A DNA stretch of 64,000 nt. Source: Halocafeteria seosinensis (Eukaryota). The notes under the pieces are model-generated. The model was not told the DNA's origin. It made no database searches and saw nothing but the letters and a program-made list of their open reading frames with translations. The stretch covers positions 1-64,000 of the forward strand of contig LVLI01000208.1 of the NCBI GenBank assembly GCA_001687465.1. The letters run 5' to 3'. The translations under genes and the position numbers were made by a program. Positions 14,001-26,656 of the stretch are shown here, piece by piece (position 1 is the stretch's first letter; the number at the start of each line of letters is the position of its first letter).

Positions 14001-17000
14001 TCAGCGCAAGGCCCTGAATACATCGCTGCATGAGCTCCTTTAAGGCGTGAGAAACAAAAGAATCTTGAGTTGAACTCAGATTGTCCAACATTGGAGTGGT
14101 CAATACATGCACAGCGGCATGGGGTAAAAACGGAATGCTCCTTGAAAGCATTTCGAAGGTGTCGTATGAGCGACAGGTCCGCGATTCCTTCATAGGGACC
14201 TTGGGAGTATAGCCACTGTCTCGTTGTCTCGCCTTCGCAACTGACCCAACAACATCTTCCATGATAATATCCACTAGCATCCCCAACGAATCTACCAGAG
14301 CTTTTGTTCTAGGATTCAAGTCCTCATTCGTTGCGCCTACGTCTGTTCGATGAGACTTGTTAGGGGGTACGTTGGCCATGTGGTCCGAGATCAGCTCACC
14401 GAACGGATCGTGTTTTGGTTTGGAAGGCATCAACTGGTTCGATTTATATAATGCATTGATAACGGCGTGAATTACATGGCCCAGAACATGCTTTTGATAA
14501 CCCTCATTCAACCGGCTGTGTAGAGTCGAAACTAAATAGTTCAAATACTGAGCCCCCAATTCCTTCGCAATTTCCGACATCGTTGTCTTGGCTCCATCTC
14601 GATAAGTTTGCTCCTTACTGGCCAAAACTGTCGAAATTTGGCTAAGTATCCGTGGAAGTTCAATCTCGAGGATTGAGTGAGGAAGAAGCTTGAGAACTTT
14701 AACTATTGCCAAGGCGACCGGCGTTCTGATTTCCTTGTCTGGAACTACCTCATTTCGTCGTTGCCGCTTTATTGTAGCACGTTCAAGTATTTTGGACTCC
14801 GAAGCCTGCGGCCCAGGGGAAGTTATGTAGAGCTGATTGTCGTCCTGCTGATGTGTACCAGCTTGTAGCAGCTGCTGCAAACGTGGAAGTATTTGCTTCT
14901 GCAGTACTTCTATCACTTCCGTCTTATTGACATATTCATCCTGGCTTTGGGACGTAAGAAAATCCGCGATACCATCATCCAACTTCGTGACAGTTCCCGG
15001 GTAAAGAAACGTATCGCCTGAGGCTACAGATATCCCGGATCCGTGTTGCACGGGACTATTGTTATTCATAGAAATATCCATTTCTTCCTGCTGTTGCAAA
15101 CTCGCCAAGAAATGGAATCCACCAATAAAGGAGCAGACGACCTTAACAAGCGGAGTTTCTGCTGGAGCAGGGGCTGACTGTGCCATCCGTACCAACGTTT
15201 TGAGTGTGGCCACGTACTCCTCCCATGGAAGCCGTTTGGCAATTTCTCCGACAAGCTTTTCAGTTTCTTGGCGTAGAGGCCCTGCAGTGTTATTTGAGCC
15301 TTTTTGCTTTGGCCCTTGGCCACTGACTCCGTCCAATATAGCGTTGAGGGTCAGCGGGAGAACAAAGTAGCGCAGAGACGCAGTGGATAAGTCATCTTTT
15401 GCGATGCTCCCCTGCAGAATTTTCATGGCTTTTCTCCGCTGGTGTAGGTGTATGTGCGCAATGTCTTCAAAGCCCTCAGAACCAAGGACTCCAGTATCCA
15501 AATATAATAGGGATTCGAGACTAACAGCGGGTACGAAGACAGTTCGGTCATCCTTAGTATAATATGCAAAAATGGACGGATCCACTGGAATCAGCGGTGC
15601 GTCAGTGCTTCGAAGAGGAATAGTTGCAAGTTTAAAGGGACACTTGATAGCTTCGGTGTTTACTTCAAAGCCAAAGCGATCCCTTGACTGTCCTACAGGC
15701 ACACAGTTTCCATTCTTGAGCCCGTAACCCAGCAGCGCCCCAACTTCTGCATAATGGTTGCGCCCAGGGCTAAACTCCGTGTCATCATCTCTTGTGCTTT
15801 GCAATACAATGTCTCTCCACAGTTGTACGCACAAATTACGAACATTCTTGTCTGAGGACGAGACCATTCCGGAACGAATTCCCGGAAAGACCAATTCCAC
15901 AAGGACTGAGAGGGCGAACGAACTGAATTGAACTTCATCTGTGAACATAGCTACTTCGCCTTCCTTTGACCCTTGCCGGTTACTATTGAGCAGGCCAAAC
16001 ACTGGTTGACAGTATAGCGCAACGCATGACTCTTCCCGACGTTGGCTTACAGTAGTTTTCTTAACGTTAGTTGCGCATTTTGCAATGATAATGCATAAAA
16101 AGCGTTTTGCAGAATCTCTTATCGCTAGTTCCGAATCATGAAGTGAAAATATCGCGTGATGAACCAGGAATGGTAGCACCATTAAGCTTTTCCGAGAGTG
16201 GAAAACATCTTCGACACTCTCTTCAAGTGTCTTGAAAGCGCTCATTCTTTCATCATGATCTGGTTCTTCAATTTGACCTGCCTTCCAGCTGTGCAGCCTT
16301 TTTAGACACTCAACTAAATCTTGATCACCCCCTTGAATCTTAAGAATAATGCAAATGGTGTCGATCAAACTCTTGCGGACTCGTCCAACGAACGTAAACG
16401 GACTTGGGCCAATGACCGAAGCCAGGACGGGTAGCTGAAGCGATAGACGGAAAGGATCCACAGAAGAGGCCAAGTTGCTTATAATATCGATAACATCAAT
16501 CTTGGGATGATCCCGCCCATTTGCAGCTGCAGCATTAGCCGCGTTCATGGAGCCTAGTGCAAGGAACCCATTATGCCTCCCAGCCTTCTTGATTTCATTG
16601 AATGAGGGGGTCAAGAAGGGCACAAGCAACCCAAGTAGTTCGGAGCTCATATTATGCATGTGCTTTCCCACGACCTTTCCTTCCTCTATCAGTTTAGAAA
16701 CTTTAAGGAGGAGGGCTAATTCTCTATTTGCAAACGCATGCATTTGTGTTTGAGCCTTGCTCCAGTTTTTCATATCTGGCAAATTTATCTCTTTCGGAAA
16801 GATGAATTCTGGGTTACGGATACTCTGCTTTAGAAAACTCTTTGAAACTTCCGATCGACTTCCGAGACGGATAGCGACATGGCGCAGCAAAAACGGAACA
16901 TTTTCTTCCAAAATTTTCGATCCAGTTTCGGAAAACTCATGAGACGCAAACAGTTCTTGAGAGTTGGAAATAATGCTTTCAATAGTTTCAAACAAGGTTG

Positions 17001-20000
17001 CAACCACCACTGGTGCCGGTCCTACACCTACCACCGCAGAGCTGGAATCGATATGGAAGTCTGGATCCGAAGGAAACACTGGAAAACAATCGCTCTTTGA
17101 GTTCGCATAAACAACCATACCAGAGCTTATCGATTCAATAAGCTTGGGAATCGCATTCTTCAAAGAACTCAATTGTGTGACTAACTTGGGGTGGGACGCC
17201 ATCGTATGCAGAAGAGACAGGAGAGCTGGTGGTCGACTTGCACCCCGAACAACCGCCGGTTGTAACTGTATAGCTCGCGCTAGATGCGTGGCCACGCAAC
17301 TAAAGTACTCACCCCAGTCAAACGTCGGGAATATGGTCATTATTTCTTTCAGTCGTAACAGAGAGAGTGTGCGAAGTTTTCCAGACTTCTGATCAGAGCT
17401 CCTTGTAAACGACGTTTCACTGCTTTCCAATGGAGCATCCTCTTCCACCTCGGTCTCTTCCTGCGTTTCATGCTCTTCTGTAACCGTAGCTTGGTCCGTA
17501 ATGGCGACGGTACGATAGCACGCCAGTATCATCGGTACTATAATAGGCACAAACGCTTCCAATTTCATGCTCAGATGGGAAATCAACGCTTGTATAACGT
17601 TTAAGCACCCTTGAACCGTAGCTGACGGGACGTTCAACATCCCCCTTTCAAACCATTGGACAAGTTTGGGGGGGCTTGGCAAAACACGCCGACTTGCAGC
17701 TGGATGGAACATAGCTACTTCTATCAAGGAAACAATTCCATGCAAGGATTTACCGCCGATAAATGTTTTCAAGGATAATCCCGCGAACTCCTTGCCTACT
17801 TGTCTCTCCACTTCTTCCCGGTTGGTAAATGCTTCATCTGGCAAGTTTATGAGGAGAGGTCGGAGAATCAAGTGAATGAGAAATCCGATTTCTGCTTCCT
17901 TTAATCCGGAACAACAGTTCAAAATGATTCTTCTTCGAGCAGCAGGGGAGTCTCTCTTGTTGTGCCCCCGGCGTTGCAAGAGTCTACCGAACATAATCCG
18001 TAGAGAAAGTGGAACTATCGTTTCACGGTCTTCTTCAGCGATGCTACTTTCTAGTGAAAAGCGCGTCAGCTCTTCATAGTATTGTTTATCATCGCATAAC
18101 TTTTCCAAGGGAGACTGGTAAGGTCTAACATTTCTGTTCTTGAAATTTAATATGCACTTCAGGGCCCAGTGAGCAATTGCACCATCCACTTTCGTAAGAA
18201 GACGCTCGAATAGAGGTTTCATAATTTCGTGGGCGAAAACATCGTCCCAACCCTTCCAATGCGAGAACAGCCGTAAGAAATTGCGTAACCTCGTTGTTGC
18301 GTGGCCCTTTTTCATTGACGTCGCGATTTGCGAGTTGGGAGCAAGGCCTTCACTGACTTCATGTTCACATCGAGTTTGAGGGTCTACGCGAACGCCCTCA
18401 TATGCTTGTTTCATCGCGGAAGCGAAAGCAAGTACCCGCTTTTCTTTTCCAGCGGTGGGAAGACGAGAACGAAATTCACCAATTTCCTCTTCAAAATTGA
18501 GTTCAAAAGCATCTGGGTCTTTCCTGTGAGTACATCCATAGTAATCGTTCCTCATGAAAATTAAGAACATAGGTACGATTACTTTACTACGTTTCTTAGC
18601 GTCTTCTGTCTGTCGCGCCAGCGTTTCGAAGATGTTCCGATGATACGTCTCTGCATCAGTTCGTCCAGCAACGCCTACGCCTAGTCGATTCTCTTCGATG
18701 GCAGCTTGCATTAGATAGGTGCCTTGGGTATATTCCTCTTCGTTCACACGAGAGTTGTTCTTAGAATAACTGTCTAAGATAATTCTCGGTCCCGTGAGTC
18801 CACAGACGGTATTCGATATAAAACGAAAAACGATTTCATCCATGCCCGGAGCAGAGCTCTCTGACATTAAGTAATTTGCAAATGTTTCCACCTTGCCCTC
18901 GCCTGAAGCGTTCGACGCTGCAGAGGAAAACCAATGGTTTGCAGCAGTGATGCTCTGTGTGACCACGTCACCAAATGTCCCGTTCTTGTCTCTGTCGGAT
19001 TCACGGTCAACATTGCAGTGCATAACCTGTTCACAAAAACGTGGCCAGACTAGTGAAGGATATGTCTGTAAAGCCACACTCAAAGCGGATACGGCATAAT
19101 TCCACAAGGGTGAGAACTTGATAAAAAGGACACCGAGCAGGTGGCCAACAGTCCATTCCACGTAGCAATGAGGCAGGCGTCTTGAGGAGAGTATGGTAGA
19201 CACTTGCTCTAACCGTAGCACCTTCTGCCGTTCTGTAAGAATCGAGTTTGGCAAGTGTTCGATTTCAACGAGCATTTCGACGATGTTACATTCGCCGAAA
19301 TATGGATCTTCTTGTTGAGTCTCATCTTCTTGCACCTCTTCCGATCGCTCTTGCCGGGTCGCTGTTGCTTCTAAGTAATGTAGAGGCTTCCATTCTTTCA
19401 GGAACTGAAGAGCAGTCAATCGACACGATCTATCCGGGAACGATAAGGCATCTTGAAGGAAGGGTAAATTGATTTTCAACGATTCGACATCGTAAAGAAG
19501 TTCATGGTAATCAGTTCCCGAGCTATTCAGCATGCGGCTGTACGACTTGAGAGCACTCAGACTAGCGAGAGCGACGCCGACTACGCAGTGCTTAAATAGT
19601 TCAGAGTGTGCTGCCCGTTGAGAATATCCTTTCACGAGCACATTCTTCGCCAATGACAGGCAAACATTTGTCTGCCGCAAATTGAATTCGAAGAAATCCT
19701 TGGAGGCCAGAAAGGTATCTTCATGAGGGAAGTCAGTCTCTCTCTGCTGTGCGATAATTGAAGCTTCTGTTAAACACATTGCACGTAAATGCTGTATCGC
19801 AATAAACCCAACAGATGGGCTACAGGAACTACGCTGCGCTAGAGACTTGACGACATCCATGGTATGTTGGAGAGACTTAAGTGAAAGTTCGTACTGAACG
19901 TCAACAGAGGAAAAACACTGAATGGCAGTCCACAGCCTTGATACAAGAAGTAGCCCTTCAGACTCAATTTTCGTCTGCTTCTGTAGCTTATCTAAGCACT

Positions 20001-22365
20001 CTGTAACATACACGGTAAGATGTTGTTGTACTTTCCGATGCTGAGAGCGTCCCAGGATTGAAAAGCACAGCCTCCCCTTGCCGTCTACGATGCTCCTTTG
20101 TATATGTGATACAGAGGTGCTGGACGCTCCCAGCGGATTACCTGCGGCATCAATTCGCTGCTTGCCATGGTAACCAGCTTTCTCCTCATCAGCGCTAGAT
20201 ATCCCATCCTTCAGGTAAACACCACAAAACGAGTCTCTAGCACATAGGATCGAAGACCACGCACCATCTGGATCCTGTTCCACCAACTCCACAATATACC
20301 TACGAAAGTGGTCTACAATTGTGTCTTGGATCTGATAAACATTAGGGACCGAAGGAGCCGCGCAAGCATTAAGCAGCTGTCGTGCACACTGTACGGCTAT
20401 ATCTTTGTACGGCTTACGCAATGCTTTGAAACGAGATCCACGTTCGCCACCAAACGCCGACTTGTAAGCAGCATAATCACCACTTCCCCTTTCTCCACTA
20501 CCCTCGATGTCGTGAAACAAAGCCGGTACTAATGAGTCTCCCAGACCTCCAACGGCGTTCGATGACTGCGAAAGTTCCGATATAGTGCCCTCTTCAATTG
20601 CTTCCGGAAGCTGCATCCATGCACCCCCGTGGGCTGCCAGTGCACTCGAAAATAGTATGTCAACCAAGACTGAATTCGAAGCAATTCTGTGGTCATATGA
20701 CAAAATCATCTTCATAGAGGCGGATATGTTCTGGGCGAATTGTTGCTTCAGTTTTTTCCCGAGTATGTCTGTTCCTTCAGCTGAAGCATCCGGAGCCCCT
20801 TCGTCTTCTTCCTCATCCCCATCAGTGTCGTCGCCGGCGGTATCACCCGACCTTTTATCATCGTTTATATGCGGTAAAACAAAATGCCAAACGAGTTTAA
20901 GGAACTCCATTGAAGCCAGTCTAAAAGCCGAAGGGTGCTTTTCGTTGTTCCAATTCCACTTTGCGAAAAGTGAACCAAGAAGATGAAAAATGTCAAAGTG
21001 TACTGACTCGCATACCATCTTGGCATCTCTATACCGAATCCAGTTATTTAAGATCATCAACAATGTTGAACCATAGTTACTCCATCGAGTAGAGTTTGGA
21101 CCACTAGCATTCTTAACACTAAGTTTGCATTCTTCCATAACTTTCCTAAATAAGGGTGCGCAAGAATAAGCAGTAGCATTCTTGCACAAATATTCCAAAA
21201 CCCTACCGAGGATCTCGCATCGTAGTAGCATTTTCACATCCGTTGCCGGTGAAGAACTGCTGGCATCTTCTCCAACCACCGGCCGGCAAACATCAATCAT
21301 TTTTGGGAAAATCTTCCCAGCACGTGAGTGCAGGGCTCCGCGTATTCCTTTTACAGACTGAAACAAAGCGGCAGCAATACCGTCCCGCAGATCGTGAGGC
21401 TTTCCTAATGGCGTCGAACGCAGAGGAAAACGCTTGGACCCTTGAGTGGATGTCTCCCTAGCAACGCCGTTTTCGCTAGACCGGAAACTCTCACTTACCA
21501 GCTTTTCATTCACCATTCCAGCAGCTTTGATCAGGATTTTCGCTTGCTTCGCATGTTCCTTCGGTCCGAGCTTGCGCAGTACAAACGCGTAGGATTCGGC
21601 TGCAAATTGACGTACATATGGGGTTTTATGTCCCAAGAGCGGTCCGTAGTAGTCCCGGAGGGACTCTATATTTTCCTTCAGCTTTTTTGACAAGTGTTTG
21701 AAGAGATAGGAAAGGGTTCTAAAAACGTGTCCCGTTACTTCCGGTTTCGTCGAATCGATGAAATCCACTAACGTCATAAGAATATCACCGAACTGTGGGT
21801 ATAATTCATCCTGCACATCCCTGCAATTCAATTCCAAGTCAAATTCCTTTCCGTCAGTTCAAAGGATCGAAAGATTTTCCAACTTCGCAATAGCTTACCT
21901 CGCTAAGACAGTTAATAAGTCGAAGCACGATTCCCAGGCCATAATTGGCTGGCCGGCTGTCGTGTGCTCAGAGTTGCTGTTTTTCTCTGACGAAGACAAG
22001 TCCTTCCCTCGAAGAGTATCGAGGATATACTGCACGATTTCTTCCTTGTGGAAGAGAATTTGAGGCAAAGAATTGCTAATGGGACGCAATTTCCAGGCCA
22101 ATTGCCGAAATTGGCGAGTCAAATCAAGCTCGATCCAGCGGTCTAGTGCCTCTTTAAAGTAGCATTTGAACTGTCCGCTCTCCTCGACGATAGCATCGGG
22201 GTCATGAGGCTTTTCGTCCTCGTATTTGGGGGGCAGCTCGTGTGCCACATCAATATTAATATTGTTTATGCGCTCCGTGAAGGTCTCGAACCGGAACCTC
22301 CGGTCAGAATGGCGGCCCTTTCCGGACCCTTTTGTGTAGGTATAGTCAGCCCCGTGAGACGTCAT
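11008..22365 (-). CDS. UTP20: U3 snoRNA-associated protein 20 (SSU processome HEAT-repeat protein), ~3759 aa; exons 22365-21899 and 21820-11008
   Basis: Typical N-terminus RFRFETFTERINNINID...FKEALDRWIELDLT...SLPQILFHKEEI. The intron at 21898-21821 (phase 2) restores LTVLAR/DVQDELYPQF. Internal motifs include GYQKHVLGH and KESRTCRSYDTFEML, and the C-terminus is basic (DPKQAAVYKRRKN). Confidence 0.92.
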
Positions 22366-23399
22366 GTTGGCCCAGTATCACTTCAGTATACTTTCTCATT
22401 TGCATCATGGAGCCATTATGCACAATAAGACCTCTACTATGCTATATGCAGCGAAAGACAGCGGTGTCAGTGGTACATGAAGCTGCAACTTCAACAAAGC
22501 AATCTTTTGTGCGTTTGTTTCGCTTCACCGCGAAGCATTGACAATGCCTTATACTACCAACAAGTATTGTAAGAGTATTATAATATACACAATAGTGTAA
22601 GTATCCTAACTTGAATGGAAGTCTTCTTGTCGTCTATGGGGAACTGGTATGTCTTCTTGTGCTATCTTTTATACATCCACATGTAAGCGGTATATAGCTG
22701 ATACATCCGTACTGATTTATTTTACAGTAACACGCATGCGGCCATCTAGTACTACTGCTGTCCCGATGATCCCAACATTGCGCGCAGTGCGTCGAGGTAG
22801 CAACTTGTTTCTTACATAATCGGGTTATTCGGGCGGCCGAAGTAGACTCTCTACCTTCCCGGCTGGGCTACATACACTATCTGTCAGTTGGATGCAGCTT
22901 CATTATTTTTTATACTTTTGTTCACGTATCGATAACTGGAAATGAATGATTATACCCGTCAACATCATTAAGCAACGTGTATATATATGTGTCTTTGTGC
23001 GTTCCTACACCCACTACTGAGAAGGTAGTTATCGATGGCGCCTCTGGCGGTTCGAACCTTCAACTCATGTGTCCAGACAGCACGTTTTTCTGACAGGCAG
23101 TCTAAGACTACGCTAAGGATACGCGAGCCCGGTCTCGGACTGTTTCCCACCGGGGCGGAGTGAAGGGGAATCCCTAATTATCGCTCCCAGCGAGGTCGTA
23201 TGGTTCTCATACATGTATGCGTGTTCGGCCAGGTGACGACGCCAGTGGATACAGCTTCATTTCCTATTTTATATCATGTTTATTATTTGTTTCCTCAGTC
23301 ACTCCTACTTTACGAGGTCTAGAGAAGCTGTTTGAGCATGAAACCTTGTCCAAACATGCCGGTGGTCGATGCGGGTATAGCCATGCTCTCAGGATTCTG

Positions 23400-23870
23400 T
23401 TATAATGGGTTATAAGATAGTTAGATAAAGTGCGATGAATGCCCATCGCAGACCTCTTCGAGCTAGGAATCGAGCCCATCGCGGGCACTTTAGCGCTCAT
23501 CGAACGCACCGCACCCCATAAAACATCGCGCTTGTGAGACTTGTCCGCTACAGGCTTCGCTACGCTGTGTGAGAGGTGAACCCTGCCCGGAACCGGTCCA
23601 GCATCTTCACGTTGTGGTGCATCAACGTGACTGACAGTTTGACCGTCCTCAGCTTGCGGAAGTTCCGCCTCTCCCTTGTTCCCCAGCGGGAGCCCGGTGC
23701 TTTGCTGGCAATTCTCTTGAGGAACTTGATTGCGTCTTCCCCCGAAACCGCCCGCCGCCTCTATCGCGAACGGGATAATTTCCGTGTGGTGGTCCCTCAG
23801 GTGTCTGTATTTTGTCCGCTTCATCTTCTCCCCTTCTACCGCGATGGTGAGCGTTGACCGGGCAAAGGAT
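23400..23870 (-). mobile_element. 5'-truncated non-LTR retrotransposon remnant: C-terminus of a restriction-like endonuclease (CRE/NeSL-type) plus probable 3' UTR
   Basis: EGEKMKRTKY...IIPFAIEAAGGFG is followed, after a frameshift at the C5 run 23739-23743, by EDAIKFLKRIA...KLSVTLMHHNVKML ending at a stop at 23560. This matches the typical RLE tail K..KY...PFA.E..G..G..A..FL..L...LSV.L...N. No RT domain is present. Confidence 0.7.
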
Positions 23871-23879
23871 AAATCTCCC

Positions 23880-24930
23880 AAAAAGCTTTCATGGGGTTTG
23901 CAACGAAAACAGCAGGCCTCGTTGCCTCGGCGATAAAGTCCTTGGTGATACTGTCTAAATTTGGAGCGTACTTGACGGGAAAAGTCATCATCTATTCTCA
24001 TACCCATTATATCATTTCGGAAGGAATACAATATGGCTCATTTTCCGTTCCCAACGGATGTGCTAGAGCAGTTCGATGGTCCCGCACGTCTTGACGATTT
24101 CAGGGTAACCCAAACAAGCGGAGAGAACAAACCATTTGTCCTAGGGGTTAGAAGCAGCCATGATTAAAGACCATGAATGAAACAAAGCCTCATGGAGTGT
24201 TTCATTTTGTACGTGGTAATTCGTTGCTCGTTAAGATATGCTAACTTTACACGTTCTTCGCTACGTGCTGTAGCAACGCATTGCTCTTTTCGGATGCTAA
24301 TGCGTTTTACAAAAGCGGCGGATTTCATAGACACGTGTGGACGATCTACGTCGCACACGAAAATCTCAGTATGCAGAGACGGTTTGACACGCCAAAATGT
24401 CCGAATCAAATTCTTCTTCACATCTTGATCACAGCGCTCATTCACAAAGTTTATCGCGTTCCGCGGATCGTTGAGTAAAGGGGACATTTGCTTGGACTCC
24501 AATCCACTACCTAATTTACCCATAATCCACATGTTGTCTCCAGGTTTCCAAGCAAGAAAATGCACTTCTTCCTATTCAGGAAATTTACTAGCCTCCAATT
24601 CCCTTGCTTTCAGAAAAGCTGCTACCCGGTCAATCGTTTCCGGATTACTTGTATCCCGATTAGTTATCCTTACATTTTGCAGTCTTATCGAGCCTAGGCC
24701 TTTTGTAGCCATAACAGGCCACATAGGGTATCCCAGCGCAGCCGCCGTGTTGCGTCAATTTCGGACGGAAGCAACGAGGATGCTAAACCGAAAACAAAGT
24801 AACAATCGTGCACTCGAGACGCTGCTGAACGAATGTCCCTCTTCACCTGGTGTAGTTGCTCGTTCTCTTCCGCCACAATACAAGTATCGGGTCGGAACGT
24901 CGTTGGATAATTTACCTCAGGTTCTTAGCT
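23880..24930 (-). pseudogene. Degraded reading frame of unknown function abutting the retroelement fragment
   Basis: The ORFs starting at 24565 and 24031 share a frame, which can be followed for about 1 kb with only sporadic stops. No domain recognised. Confidence 0.3.
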
Positions 24931-25756
24931 AGCATCAAGAAGTAATAGCTTCCCAGCGAGTAACTGCTAGGGGTGAATCACCTTGATAGCTTGTTGTAGC
25001 GGGAAACGGTCGCCGCAGTTCGTCAGTGCGGTAATTTAATCACCTTAGCCTATGTCGTTTACCAGTGCAAGAGCAGAAACATGCACTTTTCGCTCGGCTT
25101 GTTTTCTTTTCGTTTCCCCCCCACCTTTTTCGCTGGATGACTTGGTTGCAATTAAATGACTTAACAATACACAATGATAGTATTTTGTTAATGTTCAGAC
25201 ACAAGTTGCTGCCCGTTCTTTGAACGGGAACAACTTGCCTCTTCTCGGCGAAGTTTTCGCTGACCGGGATGACTGGTGCGAATTTCGGACCAAATCCACA
25301 CCACTCTAGGTCCACTGTGTCACCGTCCACACACTCACACATACCAACGAGTTAGAACATGAACGGTCATACTCCCTTGCCGTTGACCCTGTCTGCAGGA
25401 TAATTACAGTTCAGTCTGATGTTTGGTCAACACAAATACCAACACTTTATACAACAGAGATATAAAGCTTGCGGTACCACATGTTACACGTTACATGTAT
25501 TGGTAATGAGATATTACATAAGGGAACAAGTCATCCAGCTAATCCCTATATACCCTAACAAATACATACACGTACGTAGACCGAAACGGAGTTCTGTTGA
25601 GGGATGGTATTTTTGGATGAGCGCATCATTGATAATGGAAATGAGGCATTGCAGCTGTTTCTTTTAAGCAGTCAAAATCTAAACGAAGAAATTACAGAAT
25701 TATACTGGACTTTTCTGATATAGACTACCCTAGTAAGCGTTGCACCAAGCTAGTCG

Positions 25757-26656
25757 TCATGACTCCGAAAGCGCGGCACCATGTGTTGTTTTTGTAAGCA
25801 AATTCATAGGGTGTAAAACTTCATTCCTGGTAAAGAGAGCAATATCGCAAAACTTCACGAACCCTTTTGTGTAGAAGAATCTCGCCGAAGTTTCGGTACA
25901 GTGGACAATAACGTCGTGGGCACCTCCTGTATTAATTGCATCGCCAACCAGTTTCTCCAAGAGCAGAGAGCCATAGCCTCTCCTCCGTTCATCAACGCTA
26001 GTGGTTAACTCATAAATACAAACCGCCCCCTCCTCGACCATCTGGTAGGAACCCCCAGTTACAACCTTTTTTCCTCTTCGGAGAAGCATATGGACGTTTG
26101 GATTTCGAGCCTGTTGCACTTGAGAGTCGGAATGCAACAACCTAGACGAGTACCGTTCTACCGATGCGGCATCCACTTCCACTTCATGCGCCTCAAATTG
26201 TAAACGTGCGAACTCTATAGAGTTATCTCCATTCAGATACTCGAAAGATATATCCTCCGACGACATTTTCTGGGCGATTTCTTTTCCGCGTGCATATGCT
26301 TCATAGTGCTCATGCAAAAGTCTCATCCCAGAAATACGGGTCTGAACAGGGAAGAGCGGCTTGTAATCCAGTTTCATCTGGGCAACCCTTTCCCTCACTC
26401 CCTCCGGAGTGCTGCTGGGAAACAGAATCAGGCTCCAACTTTGCTTCTTCCGTTTTTGTTTCTGAGTCAACTCAATTAATTTTCTCTCCAATGACTTCAA
26501 TTTTTTTGACCGGATGTAATGTACACAATTCAGCCATGGAATGCCACAATTTGCTGTCACGAAGCAGAAATCGTTTCCCTCGATCATTTCCGTGGCGGGA
26601 TCTCGTAGAGAGTGCAAGTATTGAGCTACAGCTTTCTCCCATAGTAAATCCTCCAT
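25757..26656 (-). CDS. GNAT-family acetyltransferase, 299 aa, apparently intronless
   Basis: Acetyl-CoA binding motif A IYELTTSVDERRRGYGSLLL and motif B VHCTETSARFFYTKGF. Confidence 0.85.
   Translation of the reverse strand: MEDLLWEKAVAQYLHSLRDPATEMIEGNDFCFVTANCGIPWLNCVHYIRSKKLKSLERKLIELTQKQKRKKQSWSLILFPSSTPEGVRERVAQMKLDYKPLFPVQTRISGMRLLHEHYEAYARGKEIAQKMSSEDISFEYLNGDNSIEFARLQFEAHEVEVDAASVERYSSRLLHSDSQVQQARNPNVHMLLRRGKKVVTGGSYQMVEEGAVCIYELTTSVDERRRGYGSLLLEKLVGDAINTGGAHDVIVHCTETSARFFYTKGFVKFCDIALFTRNEVLHPMNLLTKTTHGAALSES

Noticed and set aside
22735..22875. Structured-looking segment resembling 5S rRNA or an HDV/twister ribozyme
   Set aside because: Only short motif coincidences (GCGGCCAT, CCGGCTGGGC); the required pairings and core residues could not be built.
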